From Rhina ancylostomus (Eukaryota), in the NCBI GenBank assembly GCA_030265395.1, contig JARFYF010000071.1:4713042-4777041 (forward strand): a stretch of DNA of 64,000 bases, given 5' to 3'. A program made the position numbers and the translations under genes. Below the pieces are notes generated by a model. It ran no database searches. It was given only the letters and a program-made list of their open reading frames with translations, and had not been told where the DNA came from. Every line of letters starts with the position of its first letter. Positions within the stretch are counted from its first letter, which is position 1. Below, piece by piece: positions 11,895 through 25,792 of this stretch.

Positions 11895-13559
11895 NNNNNN
11901 NNNNNNNNNNNNNNNNNNNNNNNNNNNNNNNNNNNNNNNNNNNNNNNNNNNNNNNNNNNNNNNNNNNNNNNNNNNNNNNNNNNNNNNNNNNNNNTGTAAA
12001 TTTCCCTTAATATGTAGATGAATGGTAGAATCAAAGGGGGGGGGGTTGATGGGAATGTGGCAAGAATAAAATATGTTACAGTAGGATTAATGTAAAAATA
12101 GATGCTTGATGCTCAGTGCAGACTTGGTGGGCTGAAGGCCCTGTTACCGTGCTGCGTATTGTAGGACTCTATAACAGTGTCTTCAGATCTCTGACTTCCA
12201 TTTTTTGACATCTGCTGCAGTCAAGCTGGAAATAACGAAAACACTACCTTCCAGTGTGGCAGCCAGCACAGTTCTGGAGGAGCCTTGGATGAGAAACCAT
12301 GACCTGAATTTGATTTCCCCTCTTCACCACAAATATGAATCTTTTACCCCAAAAAATAGGAGTAACATGGACCATTTCTCCATTCCTCGATCCCCATCAC
12401 TTCCAGGGTCAAGTTAAAACCAGTTGTTGCATGTTTACTCTGTGAATCAGGACAGCAAGATGAGGAGTCGGAAAGACCCCCCACAGAACCACAATGCATC
12501 ACATCACTGCAGAACAATATCCAAAGTTGCACAGGAGCTTCCTTGTGATAACAAAGTTAGGTCACATAAGCATTAGGGCAGCTGGAGTTGATTACAGGGA
12601 GCAGTGGAGAAATGGAACACATGAAAAGCTTTAAACTGCCTCTTTTCATATTTAAGAGCCAACGATGGAATGGGGATACACTTTAATATTCAAGACCAGC
12701 AATCATGGCAACTGGCAGATCACACTGCACCTTTGATTTGTCCATTGCTTAAAGATAATTTGCATACATTTACCAAAGCCAGGTTTTGAGCTTTGAAAAT
12801 GACCCATCAATAGAAAGATATGAAACCTTAATAGATGGACATGAGTAAAAATCAGCAACAGTGATTTGAGTTAGTGGATCTATACCACTAAAGGCAGAAC
12901 TCCTGTGAAATGGGAGTAAAGAGAAGCTTTAACATATTTATCATCAGTCTCACTTTACAAATCAGATCCCTGATCTCCATCAGAATAGATCTATAGCAGT
13001 GTTAAATTACTGGAAAATGTTGTATCATTCTAATTTTGTTCTGCAACCAAAGCTTTATCTAGTTATTTTATTCCCTGACCTGACAGATGATTGAATATTC
13101 CTGTATTCAGCGACAATATCGTGCCAAGCACAGCAAAAAAAAACAATGTATGTCAGAGCCCAACACAAAGGAATACTGGTCTCTGAAGATGCAACTGGGG
13201 TAAAAATGGAAAATATTTTATAACCTACTTTAGAATCTGAGGGTTTTAACTAACATTTTATTTAAAATTCAGGCCAGCTCATTGAATGCTGATGGGCAAA
13301 GATATAGAAGGCAATTTATAGGTGTTTAAACACTACAACAAATTAGTTGGGCCACTGGCCTCTTTCTATGTTGTAATTTTAATGCAATTACTTGTATATT
13401 CATTCAAACTATCCGAACAAAAAGATAAGGCAACATCATTACCAAAGGATGGTGTCTTCAACAATGTAACAATCCCCTGAAGGTTCACAGATCATTAAAC
13501 TTCGGGGACATTATAACCGCAACTGATCATATCCTAATCCAAGCTACAGTGATTCACCA

Positions 13560-13880
13560 AAGCACCTCTGACAGTATTCCCTAACCCAACATTTCTCCCA
13601 CCAAGGACAAGGGTGCAGGGAAACATCACCACCTGCTGGTTCCCCTTCAAATTACATATATTACATATCATCCTAACAGAAATTTATTGCTGTTCTTTCA
13701 TCATTACCGAGTCAAAACCCTGGAACTTCCTACCCAGCAGCTCTGTGGGAGCACCTTCACCAGAAGGCTTGCAGCAGTTTAAAGCAGTATCTCACCACTA
13801 ACTTCCTAAAGTGATTGGGAGATTCACAATAAATGATGGCCTTGCCAGAGCCATCTACAAGTCCTGGGAATGTAAAAAAA
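13560..13880 (+). mobile_element. 3' end of a second CR1/L2-group LINE family
   Basis: SKPWNFLPSSSVGAPSPEGLQQFK (WN.LP motif) plus tail aataaatgatggccttgccag; homologues at 28530/29845 and about 49930-50180 (-). Confidence 0.65.
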
Positions 13881-13894
13881 ACACTTGGATTTTC

Positions 13895-14075
13895 CTGCGG
13901 ATCACTGGATAGTCATGAACATCAGAGAGCTAGCTGACGTTCCTTCTCTCTAGTCGAGGCACACTGAGACCAGTTGTAGAATTTCTGCATCTGCTCAAAC
14001 TCTGAGCAACTAATTCACTGCAGACAAATCAAATTTGTGATCTCTAGTCTGCATGGCTCATTATCACAACTCAAT
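13895..14075 (-). mobile_element. Old SINE-like dispersed repeat (related copies near 24810-24975, 53995-54110, 58725-58950)
   Basis: Shared degenerate blocks seen by eye across four loci. Confidence 0.35.
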
Positions 14076-14469
14076 TACCAGAAACATAAAATTAGTTGGT
14101 GAGTAATTAAATATCATTACTTAAATCTTCTATTTTGAAAAAAAACTTTCAGTCAATATACACATGGACTATTAAAATACTCTCAGAACACAATATAATA
14201 ATCAAGAGGTGCCAATGGCTGAACAAAGCTCAACTGACCATTACAAGATATGGCTAATCAGTCCTAATCCCATTGTAATTGTCGTTTGGGGTTTATAGTT
14301 GAGATGGTTCTCCTTTGTTTCTCATTTCAGCCTCCTGGCCAAGCTATTTTGATCTTGTGGGATAGTGAGTAAGATGGTAAGTAAACAACCACATTTACAT
14401 GTTGTACCACATCGACTTCACCTTAATTACAATAACGAACCCAATCTTAGGAGTCCCTCAATACTGAAA

Positions 14470-15075
14470 CAGGTTCTACAGCCCACTGAGTCTAAACTGA
14501 CCATCAATCACCCACTTACACTAATCCCATTTTATTAGAACATAGGATACTACAGCACACTTTAGGCCCTTCGGCCCACAATGTTGTGCCGACATTTTAT
14601 CCTGCTCTAAGATCTATCTAACCCTTCCGTCCCACATAGCCCTCCATTTCTCTATCATTCATCTGTTTATCTAAGAGTCTCTTAAATGTCCCTAATGTAC
14701 CTGCCCCCACAACCTCTGTCGGCAGTGCATTCCATGCACCCACCACTCTCTGTGTAAACAAACTTACCCCTGACATCCCCTTATACCTTCATCCAATCAC
14801 TTTAAAATTATGCCCCCTTGTGTTAGCCATTGTTGCACTTGAAAAAATTATTTTCTATACATTCCTCAACTCCTCCCATATTCTCTCATTCATCTACACA
14901 ACAGGGTCAATTTACAGTGGCCAATTAACCCATCAACCAGCACATCTTTGGGATGAGGAAGGAAACCCACCTGTAGAATATGCAAGCTCCAAATAGACAG
15001 CACCCAAGGTCAGGATCAAACCCAGGTAACTGAGCTGTGAAGCAGCAACTCTTCCAGCTTTGCTACTGTGCCACC
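14470..15075 (-). mobile_element. V-SINE-type element split by a CR1 3'-end insertion (about 14537-14845, minus)
   Basis: SINE body ggtcaatttacagtggccaattaacc...caaggtcaggatcaaacccagg; CR1 reverse tail agaacatag..acagcac...ggcccttcggcccacaatgttgtgccga. Confidence 0.7.
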
Positions 15076-16292
15076 TCTGTTTCCATGCCAGAACTAATGC
15101 TGGGTCTTATCCAGGTATCTCCATGGAAGTCTTGGTTTCTAGTGCCAACATGTATCTAAGCCTGCAGCAATACCTTCTGCACTGCTGTCAGATGCCGCTG
15201 TGCTGCATTGGTTCTGCACAATTCCCAGGTTTCAGTCTGGGAAATCTCTCAGCTAGACCCAGACTAGATTAAAACAATGCAAGATTTATTTTATTGTATT
15301 TCGTTGTTTCGTATGGAAAAGAACCATATTTTCATTTTTATTTCAAACAATACTTTTATTTTCTGACAGGTCCTAAGTATTAGCGAATGTCTGCTACTGT
15401 CAAAGAGAATCCCTACTCTGCACTCATCCACATCTGACCCAGTTTTCTTTGCACCATTTAATAACACTATCCATGCTACCTCAAGGACTGTGGAACAAGT
15501 CCACAGAATTCAAACTGTCACAACTCAGACATCACATCTCTTGTCATGGTTGAATCACAATGAGCCTGAGGTGACCAGCATCTTAAGTTGCCAATCAAAC
15601 AATTGAACAACCTCATGTGAGCAAACCTAACAAGCCACAATGTGTCATCAGTAGCAAGTTGAGCAACCAATCATTTTCAAAGCAGTAGGGTCCAAAAACA
15701 AAATNNNNNNNNNNNNNNNNNNNCATTTAAATTATTTCTTTGTAAAGTTTCCTCATGTCTGTGTGCTTGTGCGTGCGTCTGTCTGTCTATCTCTGGATGT
15801 GGGTGCCTATCTGTCTGTGGCTGTCTGTGAACCACCAGGAAATTAGTCCATATTTTATGGCAACCAGGAGAAAGGACAAACTCTGCCAGAACAGAGGCAG
15901 CATAAAGGTTGGTTTCATTTGCTTCAAATGAACAATGAGTGAATGTATTTTGATAAGTTAGATGAGACATCTATAAAAACAATGATGCATGAATGGTATC
16001 TAAATTTTAAAAAAGATTTAATATGGCTTTAATGCTACTGACTACATTGTTCACAATGCCCTACTGATGAAGTGATTTCAATGAGACATACATGACTCAT
16101 AAGGTAAATGCTAAATCATTTTCATGGGGCCTGCTGCTGAGAAAATGGTAACTTTGGGAAATAAAAATTGTTTGCTAAACTTGCTGTTGGTGACACATTG
16201 CTGCTTTTCAGTTTGGTCAGCTGTGCTTTAACATTTCTGACATTTTCTTAGGTTCTATAGAAAAGAGATTGTGGCTGGAGGAAAACTTCTAA

Positions 16293-16862
16293 TATAGAAC
16301 ATAGAACAGTACAGTACAGGAAGAGACTCTTCAGCGATGTTACTCGGAACTAATTAAACTATTAATTAGATGTCTAACTAACCTAATCCCTTCTGCCTGC
16401 ACAGTGTCTATATTCCTCCATTCTCTACACAATCATGTGCCTATTTAAGAGCCTTTTAAACGCCTCTATCGTATTTACCTCCACTACCACCCCTGGCAGT
16501 GCATTCCAGGCACCCACCACTCTGTGTAAAAAAAACTTGCCCCACACGTCTCCTNNNNNNNNNNNNNNNNNNNNNNNNNNNNNNNNNNNNNNNNNNNNNN
16601 NNNNNNNNNNNNNNNNNNNNNNNNNNNNNNNNNNNNNNNNNNNNNNNNNNNNNNCTTTGAACTTACTCCCTCTCACCTTAAATGCATGCGCTCTAGTATT
16701 AAACATTTCGACCCCAGGAAAAAGATATCAGCTATCTACTCTATCTATGCATCTCAATCTTATAAACTTCTATCAGGTTTCCCCTCAGCCTCCAACACTC
16801 CAGAGAAAACAACCCAAGTTTGTCCAACCTCTCCTTACACCACGTGTCCTCTAATCCTGGCA
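16293..16862 (-). mobile_element. CR1 LINE 3' end
   Basis: TRAHAFKVRGSKFK-GDVWGKFFLHRVVGAWNALPGVVVEVNTIEAFKRLLNRHM; reverse tail atagaacatagaacagtacag. Confidence 0.85.
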
Positions 16863-17289
16863 GCTGGATGCTCTTGATACCTGTTTCCTCCAATGGATTG
16901 TTTCAACCAAGATAGAGAGAAATTTGTTCACTCAAGAGACTTATGAATCTTTGGAATTCTTTACCCCTCTGAGCTATGGCTGCTCAGCTATTCCGTATAT
17001 TCAGCTATAGGTTTTAGGACAACTAGGAATCAGAGGATATGAAGATCAGGTGGGAAAGCAGACTTGAAAAAGCATTAGTTTATGAGAGAGTTTCACGCTG
17101 ACCTCAGATGTGGTGATTGGAACCAATGAGTTCACAACACCCAAACCATGACCAATGGTCCCTCGTTCAAATGATGGAGCAATAAGACTTGCCAGTGGGG
17201 AACATCACTCCTGGGCACAATAATCCCATTATTTTAAGTAATGGATCTCCAACAGGTAGCAAGAATGAGGTGGGGGTGAAATCTTTATT

Positions 17290-17700
17290 AAATACAGATT
17301 ATGCAAATTCTGGAGACAACCCTTCAGAAAGGTTGTAAAGGTCCTATAAAGGATATGATAGATATTCCAAGGAATAGTTGCAGGATGAAGGCTTTCAGAT
17401 GCAAGGTTAGAATTTGAGAAACTATGCTTTTTTTTTTGGAACAAAATCAGATTGAGATGAGAACTGATAAAATTGTACAGAGTCACAATAAGGTTTGATA
17501 CGGTAAACTGAGGGAAGATGTTCCCATTAATACACTCCAGGACATGGGGCTATAGACTTGAACCACTAGTATAAGGGGTACAAGGGGAGTGAGAGGAAGA
17601 ACTTTTTTACCCAGACTAGTTATGATTTGGAAGTCACAACTTGAATAAATGGTGAAAACAGAGTCATACTGGGTTTTCAAAGTGGAGTTGAATGGGCACA
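17290..17700 (+). mobile_element. Decayed CR1 3' remnant
   Basis: gattgagatgagaactgataaaattgtacag...aacttttttacccagactagttatgatttggaagtcacaac. Confidence 0.6.
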
Positions 17701-17769
17701 TGAAGTTACCATCAAAATTGTGCCATAGTATCTTTTGTCCTTTGACCCGTCCTGAGCCCAGCACACAGA

Positions 17770-18385
17770 TGTGATCATAACGAAAGTGTGCCAGCATGTC
17801 TACTTTCTTAGAACCTTAAGGAGATGCACTGTTGGAAGTATTCTGACTGGTTGCATTATGGCCTGGTACGGCAATTCCAACACACAGGAACACAAGAGGC
17901 TGCAGAGGGTAGTGGACACAACCCAGTCCATCACAGGCAAAGCCCTCCCCACCATTGACATCAACAGGAAACACTGCTTCAAGAAGGCATCTATCGTCAA
18001 GGATCCTCATCATCAGGGTCACACTCTCTTCTCACTGCTACCATTAAGCAAGAGGTACAGAAGCCTGAAATCCCAAACCACCAGGCTGAGGAACAGCTAC
18101 TTTCCTACAACCATGAGGTTCTTGAACTAACTTGCACAACCCTAATCCTACCTTAGTATGGACAACCTCTTGCACTACCATGGACATATCTCTGATTCTG
18201 GCTTTTTTTGCACTAATGTCTTGTTTTGCAGTCTTTTTATCTCCCTTCACTGTCTTGTATAATTTATGCATTATTTATCCTGCATGTTTTCTGAACTTAC
18301 ATGCCTGTGATGCTGCTGCAAGTAAGTTTCTCCTTGTACCTGTACCTCATCGAACTTGTGCATGATTTGCACATGACTTGACTAT
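17770..18385 (+). mobile_element. Rex1/Babar-like LINE 3' end
   Basis: QHVYFLRTLRRCTVGSILTGCIMAWYGNS...LQRVVDTTQSITG..LP...KDPHHQGHTLFSLLPLSKRYRSLKSQTTRLRNSYFPTTMRFLN. Confidence 0.85.
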
Positions 18386-19049
18386 CCAGTTGCCTTGGTT
18401 TAACACCTTCAAAATCTTCAGAGACAAAAGGGTACTACCAGCTGAGAAGGGTATTGACATATTAATGATTTATAGGTAATTATTAACAGGGAAGTGCAAA
18501 GTAGATTTACATTAAGTCAGTAAACTGATGCATCAAATATGCCAGCAAAAGGTAAGTCATTCCTTACATTGCAACAGAACAGCTGCTAATGTCAAAAACC
18601 TTTACCAGAATCCACAACTTAAAGAATTGAATATTCAACATACATTGCACAGAATAAAAAGAACTGCTACTTTGTACATTAGGCTTTTATGCTATTGACC
18701 TTTGCATAATGGTTAAACTTCATTCCCTTAGCTCAGTGTCCTTGACATCCTTTACACTCAGCGCCAACTGTCATCCTGAAGATTTCAGTTTTAATTTTTT
18801 CTTCTAAATTTTAATAACACAGCTTTGAGATTTGCTTCCTTAATTAACTTGTGTTTGTTATAGAATTTGTGGCCTAGTATATGGGCATAATAAGGTGAAA
18901 TCATTTTATCTGCAAACTATAGACCAAATCAATAAAGCAAGTGTCATCGGACTGCGGTCAAAAGCTGGAACAATCTAATTTTCCCTTCCCTAGCCTAGAA
19001 GAACTTAAATAAAGAATTGTTTTAGCACAGAAGTAAGCCATTTGGACAG

Positions 19050-19350
19050 CGCATCTTTCCCAGGGCACCAATGCTCAATACAAGAGAGCATGGCTTTAAG
19101 GTAATGGGTGAGAAGTTCAATGGAGATATCAGAGGGAGGTTTTTCACCCAGAGAGTGGTTGATGCATGGAATGCACTGCCTGGGGTGCTGGTGGAGGTTG
19201 ATACATTGGTCAAGTTCAAGAGATTGTTAGATAAGCATATGGAGGAATTTAAAATAGGAGGATATGTGGGAGGAAGGGGTTAGTTAGTCTTAGGCATGGT
19301 TTGAAGGTCAGCACAACATGGTGGGCCAAAGGCCTGTATTGTTCTATGGT
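19050..19350 (+). mobile_element. CR1 LINE 3' end, followed by an older minus-strand CR1 remnant to about 19790
   Basis: TREHGFKVMGEKFNGDIRGRFFTQRVVDAWNALPGVLVEVDTLVKFKRLLDKHM. Confidence 0.85.
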
Positions 19351-20074
19351 TCAAGCTCATGCCAGCCATTTGTTGGGCAATCCAGCAAGTCCTATTCCCC
19401 CACCCCACCCACCTTTCCCCATAGCGCTACAAATTAGATTTCTGTCCAAGTCCTATTCAATTCTATTTTGAAAGACCTGGTTGACTTAGTTTATACCAAC
19501 CTTGTAGGCAACGAGTTCTTGATCAAACCATTCTCTGTGTGAAGTGTTTTGCCTCACATTCACATTCCCATCTCCTACCCCTACCTTTCGCTCCTCACAT
19601 GGAATCTGTGCTCCTTGGTCCTTGAACCATCATATAATTAGAATAGCTACTCAACATTTATTCTTTTGAAACAATTATCATATACACCTCTATCAAATCA
19701 CCCCTCAACCTTCCTCGCTGCTACGAGAACAACCACAGTCCAACCTTGAACTTGCAATACCTCAACCCTGGATATATTTTAGTAAATGTAGAAACAATCT
19801 TGGAACAATTCTGGCCCCTCAAAAACACTTGATTGAGATAATCAAAACTGGACATTCTGGTCAGTAAGTCATTTGCCTTCTTCTCTAACAGTTATCAGCA
19901 GAGCTATACATGATACAAGTTTGAACACAGTCTGAAAAATGGGATCACTGTGGTTATGTTATTGGACTAATTGATCTGCAAATAAGAGCTTCAATCCCAC
20001 TGTGGAAACTGGGGAATTTTAGCAGGAATTTAAGCAGAGAAGAAAACCCATCACCCACAGAAAAGATTGGAACT

Positions 20075-20190
20075 ACTTAACAGGTCAGGGAGCACCTCTA
20101 GAGAGAAAAACAGAGTTAACGTTTCAGGTCAATGATCTTACTCCCCACAATGCTGCCTGCCTTTATGTCCAATTCCAGCATTTCTAGAGT
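20075..20190 (-). mobile_element. PLE terminal repeat fragment with the 3' half of the hammerhead-like motif
   Basis: Minus strand AAGATC-ATT-GACCT-GAAA-CGTT-AACT at 20139-20114; the CTGATGA box is missing. Confidence 0.6.
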
Positions 20191-20269
20191 ATAAAAAAAA
20201 ACTCCTGTTCAGAATAACACAAGCAGAAACATATGCAGTTGTACATTTGATACATTTAGTATATAGTAC

Positions 20270-20605
20270 TTAAAATTATGAGATACAAAAATGGGGTAGA
20301 TTATCAGTCTTTCTCCCAGGGTGGAAATGTCAGATAAGAGGGCATAGGTTTAAGGTGAGAGGGGGAAAGTTTAAAGGAGATGTATAAGGTTAGTATTTTT
20401 TTTTACACAGAGGGGTAGGTACCGGGTATGCACAGTCAGGAGGGGTGGTAGAAGCAGATATGGCATTTAGAGACACACATGAACAGGCAGAGGATGAAAA
20501 GATATGGACCATGTAAAGGCAGATGGGGTTAGTTAGGTTGGCATCTGGTCAGCGCAGACACGGTGGGCCAAAGGGCCTATTCTTGCGTTTTACAGTTCAA
20601 TGTAC
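20270..20605 (+). mobile_element. CR1 LINE 3' end
   Basis: ggcataggtttaaggtgagagggggaaagtttaaaggagatg...ttacacagag...gggccaaagggcctattcttg. Confidence 0.8.
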
Positions 20606-21502
20606 TGTAGTACTATTAAACTGCCTCTACTATGACAATCAGACACACCGCACCTGCAAGTAAGGCTGGTCTAAGAACTGGAAAAGCAAAAAACTGCAGA
20701 AGTTTGAAATCTGAAGTAAAACTAGGAAATGCTGGGAATACGCAGCAGGTCAGGCAGCATTTATGGAGAGAGAGAAAAACAGAAATGGGATAGTTTACCT
20801 TGGTGCAGCATAGGTGCAATTCCAATATGAGATCACATCTGATCTGAGTAAATTAGAATCAAAGCCTGGCAGCCAAAGCCCTTTATTGAACATGAGGAGG
20901 CCCTTAAAGTGGAGATGTTTTAATCACAAAGTAAGTACATTCCTATGGAGGGAGAAAGTTTGGATGACCAAAAATATAAAGTAGATCAGAGTAAAATAAA
21001 AGAGTATTGCAGATGCCAGGTTGGTAATATGAGTGAGAAACAAGCGGATTACATAAAGTTCAGAGGGGAAGAAAGGTCAAGAATTAAGAGAGACAATGAG
21101 AAGAAAATTGTCAGCAATCATAAAAAGGAATACAAAAACAGAAAAAAAAACTTAAGAGAAAAGGTGGAACCGATCAAAGGAAATCTACTCACAAAGGCAG
21201 TAGGAACAGCTGAGATAATAAACAAGTACTTTACATCAGCCTTATCAAGAAAGCAGATGCTGCTAGAGTCTTGGCAAAGGAAGATATAGCTCAGATTCTG
21301 AAAATAAAAAACCTACAGATTCTGGATGGGCTAAAAATTGAGATACTCAAAAGGGCATTTGCACTGGAAGTAAATAACTCACTCGGTCCAGATGGGATAC
21401 ATCATAATTTTGCTGAGGGGCAAGTAATGGGAAAACTGCTGAAGTCTCAGCCATAATCTTCCCTGATCTTCTGAGACTGGTGCCCGAGGACTGGAAAAAT
21501 AC

Positions 21503-21574
21503 AAATACGACATCCTTGTTGAAAAAGGGCATAAGCATAAATACGACACCCTTGTTGAAAAAGGGCATAAGCAT
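21503..21574 (+). repeat. 36-bp tandem duplication (2 copies, 1 mismatch) inside CR1
   Basis: aaatacgaca(t/c)ccttgttgaaaaagggcataagcat x2. Confidence 0.9.
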
Positions 21575-22004
21575 AAACTGAGCTACTGAAGATCTGTTTA
21601 TCCCTCAATGGAGAACATTTTAGAAACAATAATCAGGGACAGAATTAGGCAGTTATACGGACAAATGTGAATTAATTAACTCAATAAAGTTAGATGATGG
21701 AATCACAGAGAGGACCAATAGGGAAATGCAGTTGATGTGGTTTATATAGACTGCCACAAATTGTCTGACAAAGGTGCCACATCACAGGCTTGTCATAAAG
21801 ATTGAAGGCCACGGAATAAAAGGAGCTGCAGCAGCATGGTTACAAAGTTGTCTAAGGGAGAGAAGAAAGAGGGGAGTGAAAGATTGTTATATGGATTGCA
21901 GGGAGTCAGTACTAGGACTACCTTCTATTAATATTTATTAATAACTTTATCCTGGATGTACAGGGGACAATGTCCAAATATATACATGACATAAAACTTT
22001 GGGG

Positions 22005-23660
22005 ACATAGAGAATACAAAAGAGTAGGAGAAGAACGAGGCTACCAAGCCACTGAAGCTGCCCCACCATTTAATATGATTATGGCTGATCTATACTGGTC
22101 TCAACTCCTGTACCAGTTCCCCATAGCTCTTAATTCCCCAATCTTTCAATTATTTATCCATCCCCATCTTAAATATATCTAATGAACTAGCCTCTATCAC
22201 CCTCAGGAGTAGAGAATTTCAGAAATTCACTACCCTCTGAGAAAATAAATTTCTACACACCTCAGTTTTAAATGACCGGTTCATTTAATAGCTACGTTGT
22301 CTTGTTCATGACTCACCTACTAGTGAAAATTTTTCAACATCTACCTTGTCAAGGCCCCTTACAATCTTATGTGTTTGAATAAGATCACTTCATATTGTTC
22401 TAAACAAAGAGTATAGACCCAAACTATCTAGGCTCTCTTGACAGGACAACCTTCTCATCCCAGGAATTAGCCTGGTGAATCTCCTTCAGACTGCCTCCAA
22501 AGCTACTATATTTTTTTTCCTTTTTTTCTAGCTGTTTAATAACATCATAAAAACACAGTAGTATTGGCCAATGTCTGTACAGTGAATACCAAATCAGTGA
22601 TTTTGAAAGTAGTTCGGAAAAGGTCCCCATAATACTTGAAAGTTCAAAATAGATCCAGAAATAGAGCAACGGATCTTCTCTAAATTTAGATATGACACAA
22701 CATCCCGTAACCNNNNNNNNNNNNNNNNNNNNNNNNNNNNNNNNNNNNNNNNNNNNNNNNNNNNNNNNNNNNNNNNNNNNNNNNNNNNNNNNNNNNNNNN
22801 NNNNNNNNNNNNTTACATCTAATAAGTTCTTATCAGGGTTTATAGGGAAGGTGGGTACCTGAGATTGGAGAAAATCTCTAACTTGCGGATATCTAAAAAA
22901 GAAAGGTAGGGGGATCAAAACTGTGCACAGTATTCTAGGTGTGGCCTCACCAACACCCCACACAACTATAAAAAAAATCCCTTTTCTTAAGCTTCAGCCC
23001 CTTTGCAATTAAGGCCAAAATGTCATTTGCCTTCTTAAATACTTGATGGACCTGCCTGCTAACATTTTGAGATTCATGGACTTGAATACCTGGATCCCTT
23101 GGAACTTCACTCATTTGCAGTTTCTCTCCATTTAGATAATAATCCACCTTTGATTACTCTTACCAAAAGGCATGACCTCACACTTCCCCACATTAAACTT
23201 CATTTCCAGGTTTTCACCCAATCAATCACTCAATCTATTTTTATGCCATTGCAGAATCACAATGCCCTCATCACAACATGCCCTTCCACTTATTTTCATA
23301 TCATCAGCAAACTTAGAAACCTTATTTCTGTTCCCTCCTCCAGATCATTAATGTAAAGAGTAAACAACTGAGGGCCAAGAATTGATTCCTAAGCTACTCC
23401 ACTGGTTACATCCCTGCAGCCTGAAAAGGACCCATTTATTACAATTTATTCAATCCATGCTGCACATTTCCTCCACACCTTGGTCTCTTAATTTATGTAC
23501 CAGCCTCTTATATGGCATCTTGTCTTTTGGCTTTTCAAAACCTAAATATGCTATATCTACAGGTTCCCCTCTATCAACTCTCCATTGTAACATTCACAAA
23601 GAATTTGAGCAAATTTGTCAAACATGATTTACCCTTCACAAAAACACATTCACTGTTTGA
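22005..23660 (-). mobile_element. Second CR1, antisense, nested in the first
   Basis: Reverse 3' tail at 22005-22090; minus-strand FVKGKSCLTNLL near 23640 and YYLNGEKLQMSEVPRDPGIQVHESQNVSRQVHQVFKKANDILALIAKG. Confidence 0.85.
22511..22905 (-). mobile_element. L1-clade LINE 3' end, 5'-truncated, with a gap inside
   Basis: Minus strand FFRYPQVRDFLQ.., then LRDVVSYLNLEKIRCSISGSILNFQVLWGPFPNYFQNH*, resembling fish-type L1 ORF2 C-termini; short 3' UTR and A-rich tail (T-runs at 22511-22527). Confidence 0.75.
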
Positions 23661-25736
23661 TCATATTCAGCTTTACGACATGATTATTTCCTCTTTGATT
23701 ATCAGAAGTGTGAGAAGGATAGTAATAAACATCAAGGGGTGGAATGGGCAGATATGTGGTAAAAGAAATTTAATGATCAAAAGTGTGACGTGTTACATTT
23801 TGGCAGGAAGAACGTGAAGAGAACATAAATCTAAGAGTACAATTCTAAAAGATGTACAAGAATAGATAGGAATGTGGATATATGTGTGTCATTTGCTGAA
23901 AAGTTTCAGGGCAGGCTGAGAATGAAATATACATGATCATGGGCTTTATATATAGAGTAGAAGAGTAAGGAAGTCAAGATGAACCTTTATAAAACACTGG
24001 GCATAACTGGACTATTGTGTCCAGTTCTGGGCACCACACACTTTTGTGAAGATGTAAAGCCTTTAGATAGGATACAAAAAAAAATTACAAAATTGATGCC
24101 AGGATTGAGAGATTTTTACTTGCATGAATAGATTAGAGATGCTGGGGTTATCCTTCTTGAAGCAGAGGAGATTTCAAGGGGATCCAATTGAGATATTTAA
24201 AATCATGAGATTCAGATAGAGTATACAGAGAGAAAATGTTCCCACTGGCAGAAAGATTAAGAACTAAGGGACAAAGAATGAAGATGATTGGCAAAAGAAT
24301 CAAAAGCAACATGAAGGAAACATTTTCTTGCACAGCAAATAGTTAAGGCCCAGAAGGCACTGTTAGTGGCAATACTGTTCAATTGTTGGGTTTAAGTGTT
24401 TCTGGACAAGTATCCAAAAGTAAAGGATCTGCAGGGCTATGGGGTGAGGGCAGGAGGAGTGGGACTAACTGATCGCTCTTACAAAGAGCCAGAAGAGACT
24501 TGATGGGTTATTCTTCTCTGCTCTAACGATTCACCCCTACCCCACCCCAACATCCCAGCACTTTCTTTAGAATGAATGGTTAATCTAAAGCATGAGTTGA
24601 TCCACTGAATTTTCTAATGAGGATACTTCAGGCTGCATATCCTTCTGCCGTGCTCATAAATTTCAATAATTCTACCCAATCCATTCAGAAGTCAGGATCC
24701 AATGTTGAGATATAGGTCCACAATCAGCAATGGCTCTCTAATATCTCAGTTAAGTGTTACCCATTGTGTCAGTGTAGACTGTTTATTGAACCTGATAGTT
24801 TTAACTCTAAACCAATCCTGTCCTTATCCAGTGACCTCTGCTGGGTGATTAAGGACAGGAACCCTCTATGTTATTTCTCCTCCCATGGACATTTAAATCA
24901 ATAGTAATAGCCTAATTAACAACCAGAATCTCAGCTATTGAGCACAGACTAAGAACTCAAAATGGAACCGTCTGCCCTTTATTGCATTATGATTTATGTT
25001 TACCATGTTATATTTCCTGTCATTAAAATATCTATTTAATTTTTTGACATCCTCAGCAAACCTATTGCACAGAAGCAGAAAAAATGAGCAACCCTATTGT
25101 TTTCTAACAGTGACAGAGGATGTTGTACACAGCAAAAAAAATATGCAATAATTCTTAAGTCTTGCTGCTTTGTTCTTTATCTGCAGAGGGCACAGGATGC
25201 CCCCAAAGAAATAAGATAATAATAGGCTCTGACAACATGGCATTAATTGGGTACATCTCTGAAAGCTGTGCATAATCCTGGTGTTAATTGACTAAATCCC
25301 CAAAGTACTGTCTAACCATCCATGGGGATTGAAGGCACGGCATAAAAGAAGACAGGAAAGTGCTGGGTTATCAGAATTCTTCAATTATTCTGATGTAAAC
25401 TGCACAATGCAAACCTGATTACAGAGCACCTCATTGTCCCCGTTAGATTTCATTCTATTCTCTTTTTATCCACACTTTAAGCTCTGGAAACTCTCTGCAA
25501 GGTTGGTCAATTCTTTTGTTCCTCTATTTCCCTGTAATGCAGTGTGTTAGTTTTTTTGGGACCCATTTCACAAAGGTGGATGCTATGATGTTAGTACTGC
25601 TGGAGATAGCCGTTTACTAACTTAAATGTAATTATCTTATTCTCCAACTCACTGCACATTCTGGAGAACTAACCCTGCTTCTACCCGGAGAAGCTACTGC
25701 AGCTTTTTGTTCTATAAACTGACTGTTTTCTGAGTG

Positions 25737-25792
25737 AATTGGCTATTTGCTGTGCAATTGGCTATTTGCTGTGCAATTGACTGCTTGCTGTG
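25737..25792 (+). repeat. 19-bp tandem repeat: 2 exact copies plus 1 degenerate
   Basis: aattggctatttgctgtgc x2, then aattgactgcttgctgtg. Confidence 0.85.

Larger units (their letters stand above)
20950..24520 (+). mobile_element. Decayed CR1 ORF2 (RT to 3' end), split at about 22005-23695 by nested elements
   Basis: SLGPDGIH, VPEDWKNTN, AVDVVYID, QGTMSKYIHDIKLW (cf. ISKFADDTKLG) on the left; EWADMW..KFN..KCDVLHFGRKN, LDYCVQFWAP and the 3' tail on the right. Confidence 0.85.

Noticed and set aside
21503-21574. 36-bp direct repeat as a CRISPR-like array
   Set aside because: Two adjacent copies with no spacer, inside a CR1 in a vertebrate genome: a simple tandem duplication.
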